From: a virus
Lineage: Duplodnaviria > Caudoviricetes
DNA: 57,383 nucleotides
IMG/VR virus record: IMGVR_UViG_3300028615_000012
Span: 1 to 57,383 of that record
Strand: one strand, 5' to 3'
A program made the position numbers and the translations under genes. Of this stretch, positions 8,572 to 17,257 are shown one piece after another (the stretch's first letter is position 1; each line of letters begins with the position of its first letter). Below the pieces are notes generated by a model. That model was given only the letters and a program-made list of their open reading frames with translations. It searched no databases and was not told the origin of the DNA.

Positions 8572-10209
8572 TTACGCTGCTGCTGCCTGAGCTCGGTTTT
8601 TCTCGGCGCTCGCGAATTCCCTCTCGGCGGTAGCCGCGTCTTTTGCGATGGCAGCCTGCTCCTCCATGGCCGCCTGCTCGGCGTTCGCGCGCAGGATTTC
8701 TTCCACCTGCTCCTCGGAACGCATGTGTCTGGCCTCCACGCCGATGCCCTCGAGGGCCGCCCGCAGCGCAGAGCTCGTGTCCCAGTTCGCCAGCGCGTTC
8801 GGATCGAGCTCGAGCGCGACCCGCGCGAGCTCGGAGCCCTCGAGGAACGTGCTCGCTTCCTTGCGCTCGATCGCGTCGTGAAGCGGCGAAATGAACTTGA
8901 ACCGGACGTCCCGGCCCGACAATTCGGCCGGCATGTCGGCCGGTGCGCCGAACGTACCGGCGCGCAACAGCGCATCGAAGGTGTCCTCGCACAGCTGGCC
9001 GTTGTACTCGTACTCCATCGGCTCAAAAAGAGGCAGCGCGGCGCGCACGTATTCCTCGACGCGCTGCCCAACCTCGAAAGCGGTCATATCGCCTTCGGGG
9101 GGAGGGAGAGTGAGTTTGTTGATGTAGAAGGCCTCGGCCAGCATTGCCATCTGGCCGTCGCGCGCCTCGTAACCCATCGGCAGTCCGCGCCGGTCCTGGG
9201 TGATCGGGCGCAGCACGTCGCCCTTGCGCTCGTCGTACTCGACGTCGGCCCATGTAATGCCGCCGGAGTACAGCTGAATGTCACCGCGGATAGCATCCTG
9301 GGTGGCGATCATTGGAGGACGCACGGACATCTCGCCGGCCTCGAGTAGCGTCAGGCTCATGGCCTGTAGCAGCCGTGCGTCCGGAAGGCCGGCTACTGCC
9401 GCGGGTGAATAGGCGTACTGCGAGCCGGAAACGGTCTGCCAGCGCGGCAACGTCGTGCCGTGACTCCACACACCGTACTCCTGAATGATGTGCGAGTTTT
9501 CGCAGTCCATGTAGACGATGATCCACGGGAAGTTCTCGCCCTCACCGTTCTGGCCCTTGTAAATGTCGGTCGACAGCACCATGCGCTTGCATTCGACCTT
9601 GCGCAGATCCTCTTTGCTGCGCTGGATCTCCGGCGACAACGCATCATTGCCAAAGCGTTCGCGCAGATCCTTGATGCGCGGTTTCCACTTGAAGTAGAAC
9701 TCGCCGATCTCGCCGTCGGCCTTCTCGGCCCACGCGCAATCGCGCAAATGCCATGAGCGATACAGGAGATGCGGGCTCGGTGTATCCCAGATGATCTCGC
9801 GCGTGATCACGCACTGGCCGAACGCCGCAAAATCCGCATCGCCCTCACTGGTTGCGCGGATCAGATGCGCCCGGCGGTCATACATCGCTTGGCGCATGCG
9901 CTTGGTTGCCCACTCGAGCCACATTTTGCCGGTTTTCGTGAGCTCGTCCTCGCCCTCGACCGAAATGTAGAACCATTCACGGGCCCGCGGCCGCAACATG
10001 GCGGCAAACGAATTGCTGAGATCGCGGTGCACCAGGACCGGATACGAAGAATACAGATGCTCGGCGAATTCCTCGCCGATGTAGCGTCGAATCGTGAAAT
10101 CCGCGCGCTGCGGATAGAAATTCTCGGCGATCTCCTGCCACAGCGTCGTGATGGCCTTGCGCTCGGAATAGAGCGTCGCGCCCCGCTCGACGAGATCCTT
10201 GGGTTTCAT
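8572..10209 (-). CDS. Portal (head-tail connector) protein, 545 aa
   Basis: WQEIAENFYP, PRWQTVSGSQYAYSPA, MTAFEVGQR motifs of T7/BPP-1-type portals. Confidence 0.93.
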   Translation of the reverse strand: MKPKDLVERGATLYSERKAITTLWQEIAENFYPQRADFTIRRYIGEEFAEHLYSSYPVLVHRDLSNSFAAMLRPRAREWFYISVEGEDELTKTGKMWLEWATKRMRQAMYDRRAHLIRATSEGDADFAAFGQCVITREIIWDTPSPHLLYRSWHLRDCAWAEKADGEIGEFYFKWKPRIKDLRERFGNDALSPEIQRSKEDLRKVECKRMVLSTDIYKGQNGEGENFPWIIVYMDCENSHIIQEYGVWSHGTTLPRWQTVSGSQYAYSPAAVAGLPDARLLQAMSLTLLEAGEMSVRPPMIATQDAIRGDIQLYSGGITWADVEYDERKGDVLRPITQDRRGLPMGYEARDGQMAMLAEAFYINKLTLPPPEGDMTAFEVGQRVEEYVRAALPLFEPMEYEYNGQLCEDTFDALLRAGTFGAPADMPAELSGRDVRFKFISPLHDAIERKEASTFLEGSELARVALELDPNALANWDTSSALRAALEGIGVEARHMRSEEQVEEILRANAEQAAMEEQAAIAKDAATAEREFASAEKNRAQAAAA

Positions 10210-10451
10210 CCGAGAGTGTCCGCGTCCTGCGTCATCACGTTACGGACGCGACTGCCGCGGCGCTTGGCCGCCTTGCGGCGCTCGTTGCGCGCAATGAGCT
10301 CGTCGTCGGGCATGTCGGCCGAGGCGTACATTTTATCGAGCACCCCCTGCCGCTTGGCCTGATCTTTCTGACGCTTCTCGTCGCGCGTCATGTAGCCCTT
10401 GCCCATCGAAGCATTAGCCAGTCGCTTCACCGTGTTCTTTAATCCAGACAT
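10206..10451 (-). CDS. Small basic virion-module protein (81 aa)
   Basis: Coupled to terL and portal; ends RRGSRVRNVMT..DTLG, typical of the pre-portal gene. Confidence 0.75.
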   Translation of the reverse strand: MSGLKNTVKRLANASMGKGYMTRDEKRQKDQAKRQGVLDKMYASADMPDDELIARNERRKAAKRRGSRVRNVMTQDADTLG

Positions 10452-12079
10452 CAGTGCCTCCTCCTTGGGCCCATGTTGACCGACGGCCGTCGCTTGCCGC
10501 CGAAATTACCACTTCGCTGATCTTCCCGCCACTGTCCAAGATGCGTGATCGACTTGGCGCCGGCCGACCAGCACATGACGATCGCGTCGCCTTTGTCCGG
10601 AGAGCGGCCCAGTTCCTTGACCAGATCCTTTTTCGGCGTGACCTTGATTCCCTGCGGCGTCAGTTCCCACTTGAGCGCGGTGAGATCGGAAACGAGCTCC
10701 TGATCGTCCGGCAGCGCAATCGGCGACCCGCCATCCTGCTCCGGATCGAGCGCCTCCATGAACTTCCAGTAGACCTCGGCGCGCTTGTTGAAAAACTTGA
10801 GATGCTTCGATTTCGTGCGGCCGACACTCGAATCCATGCCGACATGCCGCACACACTGGATCCCGTTTTCATCAAGATGCGCGAACGCCTCCGCACCGTT
10901 CATCTCGCCGCAGTCGATGACCGGCGTGGCGTTGTCGCGGCGCGTTCTGAGTACCAGCGCGGCCACGTCGCGGCCATGCGGCGTCTCGTGGCCCGGCTTG
11001 ACGATCATCTCGGTGAAAAAGCCGTCGTAACGCGGCGCCAGCACCGTTTTGTCCTTCGACCGGGCGCAGTCGACGCCGATCGCGCACATCGGCACCCCCG
11101 AAGGCGGTTTACCGCCGGCATCCAGCCATCTATTCTGCGCCGCATGGATCCACGCCGTCGGAATGACCTGATCCGCGTCGTCTTTGCGCGCGGCCATGAA
11201 ATTGCCGTCCCGAAACGCGCTTCTGAGCGGCTCGGGCATGGCGTCCAGCTGCGCGCGGTAATTCGTGTTTGCCAGGAACGGATTATCGGAGAGATGACTG
11301 GGTATGAACGTGCGCGAGAGCGGTATCAGGTATTCGGGCTCGCCTGTGTCCGGATTGATTTTGCCGGAGGGCACCTTCGCGTCAGGGCCGTCGACCCACT
11401 GATCAAATGAATCGCCGTTTTCGTTGACACTCGTCACGCACCAGCGAATTTCGCCGTACTCGGCCGGGTCCGGATAGCGCGGATCCAGCCACGGCGCAAA
11501 CATCTCGATGATCCACAGGCCAACACTCGAAATCGGCGGGTTCGTGGCCATCACGACACGGCATCGCTGCTCGGGATTCACCGAACGGTTCCAGCCCATC
11601 AGATACCGCACCTGCCGTTCCTTGTTCTGAACCGCCTCGTCGAAACCCACCAGATCGTGCGGCTGGCCCTGCCAGTGCTCCTCGGCACCGTCCTCGGCCA
11701 GACCACCAAAATCAATAATCTTGTCGTTGACGGTTTTCAGCCGCGGCGGCACCTGCCCCGAAAACCCCTTGTCCGTGCCGTTCAGCTGCTTCGCGCGGTC
11801 GGTGATCGCGCGCATATCGGTGTAGTGCTTGCGAATGATCAGGCTGCGCTCGTGATACTCAAAAGCCAGCCCCAACAACAAATCCGTCTTGCCGCCGCCG
11901 GCCTCACCGCCGTACAGCAAAATATCCGCCTCGGAATGCGTCGCCTCCCACTGAGGCCCAGGACTGGGCACCCAGATCCGCCCCGAACTCCGCTCATCAA
12001 TAATCGCATCGAGCTCGGCGCGCTGCTCCTCCGGCAACGAGCGATATTTACCCAGTAACTCCTCAATCGCCGCCGACAC
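10451..12079 (-). CDS. terL: Terminase large subunit
   Basis: Walker A YGGEAGGGKT, Walker B VGFDEA, ATNPP, nuclease motifs IGVDCAR and SPDKGDA. Confidence 0.95.
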   Translation of the reverse strand: MSAAIEELLGKYRSLPEEQRAELDAIIDERSSGRIWVPSPGPQWEATHSEADILLYGGEAGGGKTDLLLGLAFEYHERSLIIRKHYTDMRAITDRAKQLNGTDKGFSGQVPPRLKTVNDKIIDFGGLAEDGAEEHWQGQPHDLVGFDEAVQNKERQVRYLMGWNRSVNPEQRCRVVMATNPPISSVGLWIIEMFAPWLDPRYPDPAEYGEIRWCVTSVNENGDSFDQWVDGPDAKVPSGKINPDTGEPEYLIPLSRTFIPSHLSDNPFLANTNYRAQLDAMPEPLRSAFRDGNFMAARKDDADQVIPTAWIHAAQNRWLDAGGKPPSGVPMCAIGVDCARSKDKTVLAPRYDGFFTEMIVKPGHETPHGRDVAALVLRTRRDNATPVIDCGEMNGAEAFAHLDENGIQCVRHVGMDSSVGRTKSKHLKFFNKRAEVYWKFMEALDPEQDGGSPIALPDDQELVSDLTALKWELTPQGIKVTPKKDLVKELGRSPDKGDAIVMCWSAGAKSITHLGQWREDQRSGNFGGKRRPSVNMGPRRRH

Positions 12080-12359
12080 GACTCTCGTCCCACATCGCGT
12101 ACCGATACCAGTAATTCATCGTCTCAATCGGCTGCGCGTTCAATTCCGAAACCACCAGATCGCCGATTGCCCGCGACACGATCAGCAACCGCCGGCACCG
12201 CTCCATATCGCCCACCGGAAGCGGCAACATGAACCGCGGATTGTCGATCTGAATAACATCCCGGCCAGCGCGCGCCGGATCAACAAAAAGGAGCCCGAAC
12301 CCATCGGGAACGGGCACATTCCTGAGTTCCTCGAGAAAATCGACAACCGTGCCAGTCAT
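12063..12359 (-). CDS. Hypothetical protein (98 aa)
   Basis: Overlap-coupled in the late operon. Confidence 0.6.
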   Translation of the reverse strand: MTGTVVDFLEELRNVPVPDGFGLLFVDPARAGRDVIQIDNPRFMLPLPVGDMERCRRLLIVSRAIGDLVVSELNAQPIETMNYWYRYAMWDESRVGGD

Positions 12360-12628
12360 TCCGCGTCCGGCGCTGGCTCCGGCTTCGACTCGGCCGCAAT
12401 ACGCTCCTGCGCCTCGCGCTTCGTCTCCGTGATCTTCGTGTTCTGACGCACATTCCCGAACGTGAAATCGTCCTTGGCCTGCGCCTTGCGCCGATAATTC
12501 GCGCTCATGTTCTTCTTGATCTCGGCCTTGCGCGCCTCCTCCGATACCGGCTCCTCGGCCGCTACCTCACCCGGCTCGCTCACGGGCTGCTCGTCGACGC
12601 TCTCGCTCACGTTTGTTTCGTCGGACAT
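12356..12628 (-). CDS. Hypothetical protein (90 aa)
   Basis: Purine-rich RBS; ATGA coupling to the next gene. Confidence 0.65.
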   Translation of the reverse strand: MSDETNVSESVDEQPVSEPGEVAAEEPVSEEARKAEIKKNMSANYRRKAQAKDDFTFGNVRQNTKITETKREAQERIAAESKPEPAPDAE

Positions 12629-12767
12629 CCTCTTTCCCCTCCTCGATCACACGATCGAAATTTCGCCAAAATCGCGCCACAGCCGGCCCATCCGGTCGCT
12701 GACGCACATACCCATCGGGCCTGCGTAGTCTACGCCGACCCTTCCGATTGTTCACGCGCTTACTCAT
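12567..12767 (-). CDS. Arg-rich hypothetical protein (66 aa)
   Basis: AGGAGG RBS before ATG 12767 (MSKRVNNRKGRRR...). Confidence 0.5.
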   Translation of the reverse strand: MSKRVNNRKGRRRLRRPDGYVRQRPDGPAVARFWRNFDRVIEEGKEDVRRNKRERERRRAARERAG

Positions 12768-12823
12768 TTTCAGCCTCCTGTCGGGCAAAAGGCCACCGCC
12801 GCCACTCCTGGGCGCGGGGGCAA

Positions 12824-12840
12824 ACCGGAAATTTTCCGGT
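12824..12840. promoter_or_regulatory. 17-bp palindrome ACCGGAAA-T-TTTCCGGT, copy 1
   Basis: Exact copies at 26617-26633 and 51051-51067. Confidence 0.85.
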
Positions 12841-12956
12841 AGTTGCATGTGAAATAAAAAATGCGGGCGGTTTCAGAAAAAAATATGCGTGAGGGTGCTC
12901 CACCCCCACTATTAATCTGCGGAGCGGGCTCCCCCCCGTGGTAATCGGGACCCCTA

Positions 12957-13601
12957 TCACAATTCGTCAGGCGTGGCCGGGTCATCAGGCGGGCTTGCCG
13001 GAGTGTGATCGCCCTCACGAGGGCCAGCGCCGGCGGGCTGGTCTGGCGAGGCTGGCTCGGCCGTGCCTTCGAGCAGCGCACCCGCCCGGCTATCGTCGAG
13101 CATGAACGAGGCCAGCCGACGCATGCGCTCCCGGTCATCGAGGGTGACGGCCTGCGTCACCGTGCCGCTGTGCTCGTGCTGCACCCGGTCGCCGTAGACA
13201 CGGGGCGCCAGCTTGGCCAACAGGAACTTGCGCGTGTCCACCTGCAGGCGGGCCCGGCCGACGCTGGCGTGGTTGGCCGTGCCATCGGGCAGCACGTCGA
13301 GCGTGTCATCATCGGCGATCGCCAGCATGTCGTCGCTCATGGCTTCCATCCCGATAGCCCGCGCGCGCATGTACTGGTCGTCGAAGGCGGGATTCCGCAT
13401 GCGCCACCGGTGCACCGTTTGCCGTGTCGGCAGTCCGCGCGTCCGGCAGATGGCTGTGAGCGTCTCGCCGTCCGCCAGCCGTGCGCAGATGTAGTCGGCG
13501 ATCGCCGGGCTGTATTCTGATGGCCTTCCTGTACCCGGTACAGCTGAGGGGGTAGCAGTCTGCAGGGCTTGATGTGTCTGGCTCTCCGCGGGGTCGCTCA
13601 T
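12957..13601 (-). CDS. terS: Terminase small subunit (Sf6 gp1/P22-like HTH)
   Basis: GRPSEYSPAIADYICARLADGETLTAIC...TVHRW...RARLQVDTRKFLLAKLAPRVYGD. Confidence 0.9.
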   Translation of the reverse strand: MSDPAESQTHQALQTATPSAVPGTGRPSEYSPAIADYICARLADGETLTAICRTRGLPTRQTVHRWRMRNPAFDDQYMRARAIGMEAMSDDMLAIADDDTLDVLPDGTANHASVGRARLQVDTRKFLLAKLAPRVYGDRVQHEHSGTVTQAVTLDDRERMRRLASFMLDDSRAGALLEGTAEPASPDQPAGAGPREGDHTPASPPDDPATPDEL

Positions 13602-13653
13602 TGTCTGGATCTCCGGCCGTCGACGCTTCGGATTCTACCTATGCAATTGGGTA

Positions 13654-13682
13654 TTGACACCCGCGGGCCAATGGCCCATACT
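13654..13682 (+). promoter_or_regulatory. Early sigma70 promoter with a palindrome in the spacer
   Basis: TTGACA-N17-CATACT; GGGCCA-A-TGGCCC at 13665-13677. Confidence 0.85.
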
Positions 13683-13738
13683 CTAGGGTGCAGCATGGCA
13701 TATGGCCAGCTGCCGGGGCCGCAGACCCCGACAACCCG

Positions 13739-13751
13739 ACCCGAGGAGGTA
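13739..13751 (+). promoter_or_regulatory. Extended start-associated RBS motif ACCCGAGGAGGTA (first of 8 related copies)
   Basis: Exact copies at 16934 and 17995; partial copies at 17237, 19025, 19392, 26640 and 26853; each precedes an ATG. Confidence 0.85.
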
Positions 13752-13756
13752 ACGAA

Positions 13757-14170
13757 ATGACGAACCGCACCCCATGGACACCGGCCGAGAATGTCGCGCT
13801 GTGTCGTCTGTACTTCACCATGCTGGACGCAGCCCTCGACGGCCGCGACTACAACAAGGCGGCGTTGATCCGCAGCGCACAGGGCGCCGGCGACCAGTGG
13901 CAGAACGACAGCCACGACGCCGACGGTAACGCCGTGCTCCGCAACCGCAGCCGCGGCAGCATAGAGGCCAAGCTGATGAACGCCAGCGCAGCGCACCGTG
14001 ACCTAGTGCCGGGAGCCGAGACAATGGACGGCCACGGCTACCGGGCGCTGGCCAACTACCAAGCCGCGCTCAAGGAAGCGATGGCGGATGCACTCGCAGC
14101 CCGCGGCCACCGCTCGCAGGAATTGACAGCGCACTACGTTAAGCAGCGTGTCGTAGGGCAGCGCCCATGA
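13757..14170 (+). CDS. Stand-alone domain resembling the N-terminus of HNH/DUF3883 restriction-type nucleases (137 aa)
   Basis: WTPAEN..LCRLYFTML....RDYNKA...RSRGSIEAKLMNASA...GYRALANYQ; no nuclease motif. Confidence 0.55.
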   Translation: MTNRTPWTPAENVALCRLYFTMLDAALDGRDYNKAALIRSAQGAGDQWQNDSHDADGNAVLRNRSRGSIEAKLMNASAAHRDLVPGAETMDGHGYRALANYQAALKEAMADALAARGHRSQELTAHYVKQRVVGQRP

Positions 14171-15135
14171 TCGCCCGAGCCTACCGGCTGGACGTCACCC
14201 GACTGGCCGCGGACTATTCCGCGGCCGTTCGGGCGGCGCTCACCGACAACCAGCTGGCCAAGGTGCAGCGCGGCGACGCCGTCGCTGACGACTACACCGA
14301 CGCCGGCGAGATCCTCAACGAGTGCATCGCCGCGGCCGTGCCCGGCTGCACTATCGCCGACTACCAGCAGGAGGCCATCGAGGCGCAGCAGCGCGCGGTG
14401 GAGGCTGGCTATCGGCTGTCCCGCATTCTCGTCGCCTGCGAATTCTCAGGAACCGTGCGCGACGCTTTCGCAGCCTGCGGCCATGCCGCCGAGTCCTGCG
14501 ACATACTCCCGAGCGAATCGCCGGGAGGCATTCACCACCAGCGCGACGTCCGAGAGATCCTCGGCGACGGCTACCACCTGATGATCGCCCACCCGCCGTG
14601 CACGTATCTGGCCAGCAGCCAGCTGTGGCGGTGCAAACCACAACACGACGTCCGCGCCAAGACTGGGCACCCCGACGGCTGGCGCGAGGCGCAGCGTCAG
14701 GAAGCGTTACAGTTCGTGCGGGATCTCGCCGCGGCGCCGATCGAGCGCGCCTGCATCGAGAATCCCAAGGGCTGCATCGGCACCGAGGGCGCCGCGCCGG
14801 GCTTCACCCCGACAATGGTGCAGCCCTACGAATTCGGCCACGACGTCAGCAAGCAGACCTACCTATGGTTGCGCGAGCTCCCCGAGCTCAAACGCGACCC
14901 GGCCGACTATGTCGAGCCCCGCGTGATCGAGTACAAGGGCAAGCCGGCGAAACGGTGGGCCAACCAGTCGCCATGCGGCGCCGATCGCACCGGGCCGAGC
15001 GCCGACCGCGGCCACAAGCGCAGCCGGTTTTTCGCCGGCATCGCCCGCGCCATGGCCGAGCAATGGGGCGGGCTGGCCACACGGGCCCGCGCCACCGTGA
15101 CGCCGATCACGGCGCAGATGGAGCTCGGACTGTGA
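14167..15135 (+). CDS. Phage-type C5 cytosine methyltransferase-like protein with an N-terminal extension
   Basis: ILVACEFSG (motif I variant), AHPPC (catalytic Cys), IENP, QPYEFG..SKQTYLW, RSRFFAGIARAMAEQWG. Confidence 0.8.
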   Translation: MIARAYRLDVTRLAADYSAAVRAALTDNQLAKVQRGDAVADDYTDAGEILNECIAAAVPGCTIADYQQEAIEAQQRAVEAGYRLSRILVACEFSGTVRDAFAACGHAAESCDILPSESPGGIHHQRDVREILGDGYHLMIAHPPCTYLASSQLWRCKPQHDVRAKTGHPDGWREAQRQEALQFVRDLAAAPIERACIENPKGCIGTEGAAPGFTPTMVQPYEFGHDVSKQTYLWLRELPELKRDPADYVEPRVIEYKGKPAKRWANQSPCGADRTGPSADRGHKRSRFFAGIARAMAEQWGGLATRARATVTPITAQMELGL

Positions 15136-15917
15136 CCCCGCGCGACATGATCGAGGCCGGCGCGCTGGTTTTCGCGTCGCACTCCGGCGGCAAGGATTCG
15201 CAGGCGATGCTCGCCGAGCTCCGGACCCAGGTTCCCGCCGAACAGCTGGTGATCGTACACGCCAATCTTGGCGAGGTAGAGTGGCCCGGAGTCATAGACC
15301 ACATCCGCGCCAACATTGACGGCGACCAGCTGCACATAGTCCGCGCCGGGAAAACCCTGCTCGAAATGGTCGAGCGCCGCCACGAGTCACGGCCGGACGT
15401 CCCGCCGTGGCCGAGCGCGAAGCACCGCCAGTGCACGAGCGACCTCAAGCGCGGGCCGATCTACAAGTTTATCCGCCAGACCATGAAGGCGCGCGGCGCG
15501 ACGCTGGCTATCAACGCCATGGGCCTACGCGCCGAAGAATCGAGCGCCCGCGCCAAAAAGCAGCCGTGGACCCACAATGCGGCCCTGAGCAAGGCCGGCC
15601 GCACGGTTTACGACTGGCTCCCTATTCACGACTGGCCGACGGCGCGCGTTTTCGAGCGGATCGCCGAGGCTGGCCAGCAACCATTCCACGCATACGAGAG
15701 CGGAAACGAGCGCCTTTCCTGCATGTTCTGCATTCTCGGATGCACCGGCGACCTCCGCAACGCCGCCAGACACGCGCCGGAGCTCGCCCGCAAATACATC
15801 GAGCTCGAACGCCGCACCGGCTATTCGATGTTCCCTAATGCCACGCTCGCCGATCGTCTCGGCTGGAACCAGCCCGAGCCGGCCGCCGAGCCCGACCAAT
15901 TGGAGCTCGCCCTATGA
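15132..15917 (+). CDS. PAPS reductase/DndC-family PP-loop protein 1 (261 aa)
   Basis: GTG start coupled to the upstream stop; SHSGGKDS, RQCTSDLK, GLRAEES, RLSCMFC. Confidence 0.85.
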   Translation: MTPRDMIEAGALVFASHSGGKDSQAMLAELRTQVPAEQLVIVHANLGEVEWPGVIDHIRANIDGDQLHIVRAGKTLLEMVERRHESRPDVPPWPSAKHRQCTSDLKRGPIYKFIRQTMKARGATLAINAMGLRAEESSARAKKQPWTHNAALSKAGRTVYDWLPIHDWPTARVFERIAEAGQQPFHAYESGNERLSCMFCILGCTGDLRNAARHAPELARKYIELERRTGYSMFPNATLADRLGWNQPEPAAEPDQLELAL

Positions 15918-16933
15918 GCACAGCCCAGTTTGATCTATTCCGCGAGGCAGAGCCCGCGACCCAGGATGGCAGCCTGCAGCTGCCCGACGCGCCGCTGATT
16001 GTATGCTACGGCGGCGGCGTCGACTCGACGGCCATGCTTATACGCATGGTGCGCGAGGGCATACGGCCGGACGTGATCACGACGGCCGACACCGGCGGCG
16101 AAAAGCCGGAAACCTACGCCTACATCGAGCGGTTTTCGCGCTGGCTGGTTTCGCAGGGATTCCCCGCGGTGCAGCTGGTGAAGTACCAGACCAGCCGCGC
16201 GCCTTATAGCGACCTTGAAGGCAACAACACGGCAAACGAGACGTTGCCATCGCTGGCGTTCGGGATGAAAAGCTGCAGCATTAAGTGGAAGGCGCAGCCG
16301 CAGGATTACTACATCAAGGGCTGTAAGGGCGGCCCCAACCAGTGCGACCCGCACCCGGTATGGCTGGAAGCGCAGCGCCGCGGCGTGAAGCCTTGCAAGT
16401 TAATCGGCTATGACGCCGGCCCGGCGGATCTCCGGCGCGCTGGCCGCCTGAAAACGTCAGACGCCAGCTTTCAGTATGCCTACCCGTTGCAGCAATGGGG
16501 TATGGATCGCGGCGACTGCATCGCCCTAATACTCGACGAGGGTTTGCCCGTGCCGATTAAAAGCGCCTGCTGGTTCTGCCCGGCTTCGCAAAAGTGGGAA
16601 CTCTACTGGCTGGCCGGCAAACACCCGCGCCTATTCGAGCGCGCCCTACAGATGGAGCACCGCGCCATGGTGGGCCGGCATAGCCGCTGGCCATGGCGGG
16701 ATTGCGACTACGGCCCGGACTGGGAGCGCCTCATTCACGAGCCGGCCGACCAATGGCCGCAGGTAGATATTACCGTCGGCCTCGGACGCTCGTTCGCTTG
16801 GAATCACTGGGCCCGGCAAAACGGCGTAACCGACAGCGCCGGCCGCGTGATCCTGGACCCGCAGGAATGCCTACGGCGGGCCAATGAATTGAAAGCGCAA
16901 GGCGGCAATGCGGCCGACTTGCGGACATGCTAG
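15914..16933 (+). CDS. PAPS reductase-family PP-loop protein 2 (339 aa)
   Basis: YGGGVDS, DTGGEKPETY, CSIKWK, IGYDAG, YPL..WG, KSACWFCP. Confidence 0.85.
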   Translation: MSTAQFDLFREAEPATQDGSLQLPDAPLIVCYGGGVDSTAMLIRMVREGIRPDVITTADTGGEKPETYAYIERFSRWLVSQGFPAVQLVKYQTSRAPYSDLEGNNTANETLPSLAFGMKSCSIKWKAQPQDYYIKGCKGGPNQCDPHPVWLEAQRRGVKPCKLIGYDAGPADLRRAGRLKTSDASFQYAYPLQQWGMDRGDCIALILDEGLPVPIKSACWFCPASQKWELYWLAGKHPRLFERALQMEHRAMVGRHSRWPWRDCDYGPDWERLIHEPADQWPQVDITVGLGRSFAWNHWARQNGVTDSAGRVILDPQECLRRANELKAQGGNAADLRTC

Positions 16934-16951
16934 ACCCGAGGAGGTAGGACA

Positions 16952-17257
16952 ATGGCAACCAGCAAAGCAACACCCGACCGGCTAACCGTCACGGTTTACG
17001 AGGCCGGATCCGCTCAACTATTCAGCCAGACGTCGGCGATGTACTACGGCGAAGCCGGAACGCTGGCATGGGCGCTGGCTGGCCGCGCGTATCTGGCCGG
17101 CTATGAGCAGCCCGAAGTGTATCTAACCCGCAGCGACGGCCGGCGCATCGAGGTGACGCGCCCGAGCCGTGACGTCTGCGAAAGCGCCTATTACCGCGGC
17201 GCCCGATTTTGGGCCCAAGGCAATCAGCGTTATCAGCCCGAGGAGGTAACACAATGA
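16952..17257 (+). CDS. Hypothetical early protein (101 aa)
   Basis: Extended RBS motif at 16934. Confidence 0.8.
   Translation: MATSKATPDRLTVTVYEAGSAQLFSQTSAMYYGEAGTLAWALAGRAYLAGYEQPEVYLTRSDGRRIEVTRPSRDVCESAYYRGARFWAQGNQRYQPEEVTQ

Noticed and set aside
8233-9348. Long plus-strand ORFs antisense to structural genes (also 10454-11410, 39965-41113, 42266-43546, 48636-49601, 53560-54714)
   Set aside because: Shadow ORFs expected from GC-rich codon bias; no recognisable motifs; each overlaps a well-supported minus-strand gene
14322-15131. N-terminal 270 aa of the 531-aa ORF-track call
   Set aside because: Low-complexity Arg-rich alternative frame over the methylase gene; the real start is GTG 15132, coupled to the methylase stop
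15132-16933. Canonical Dnd phosphorothioation system or sulfate-assimilation AMG (cysH)
   Set aside because: No DndA/D/E, Ssp or cys genes seen; context and clamp-like motifs point elsewhere, so no gene symbol was assigned
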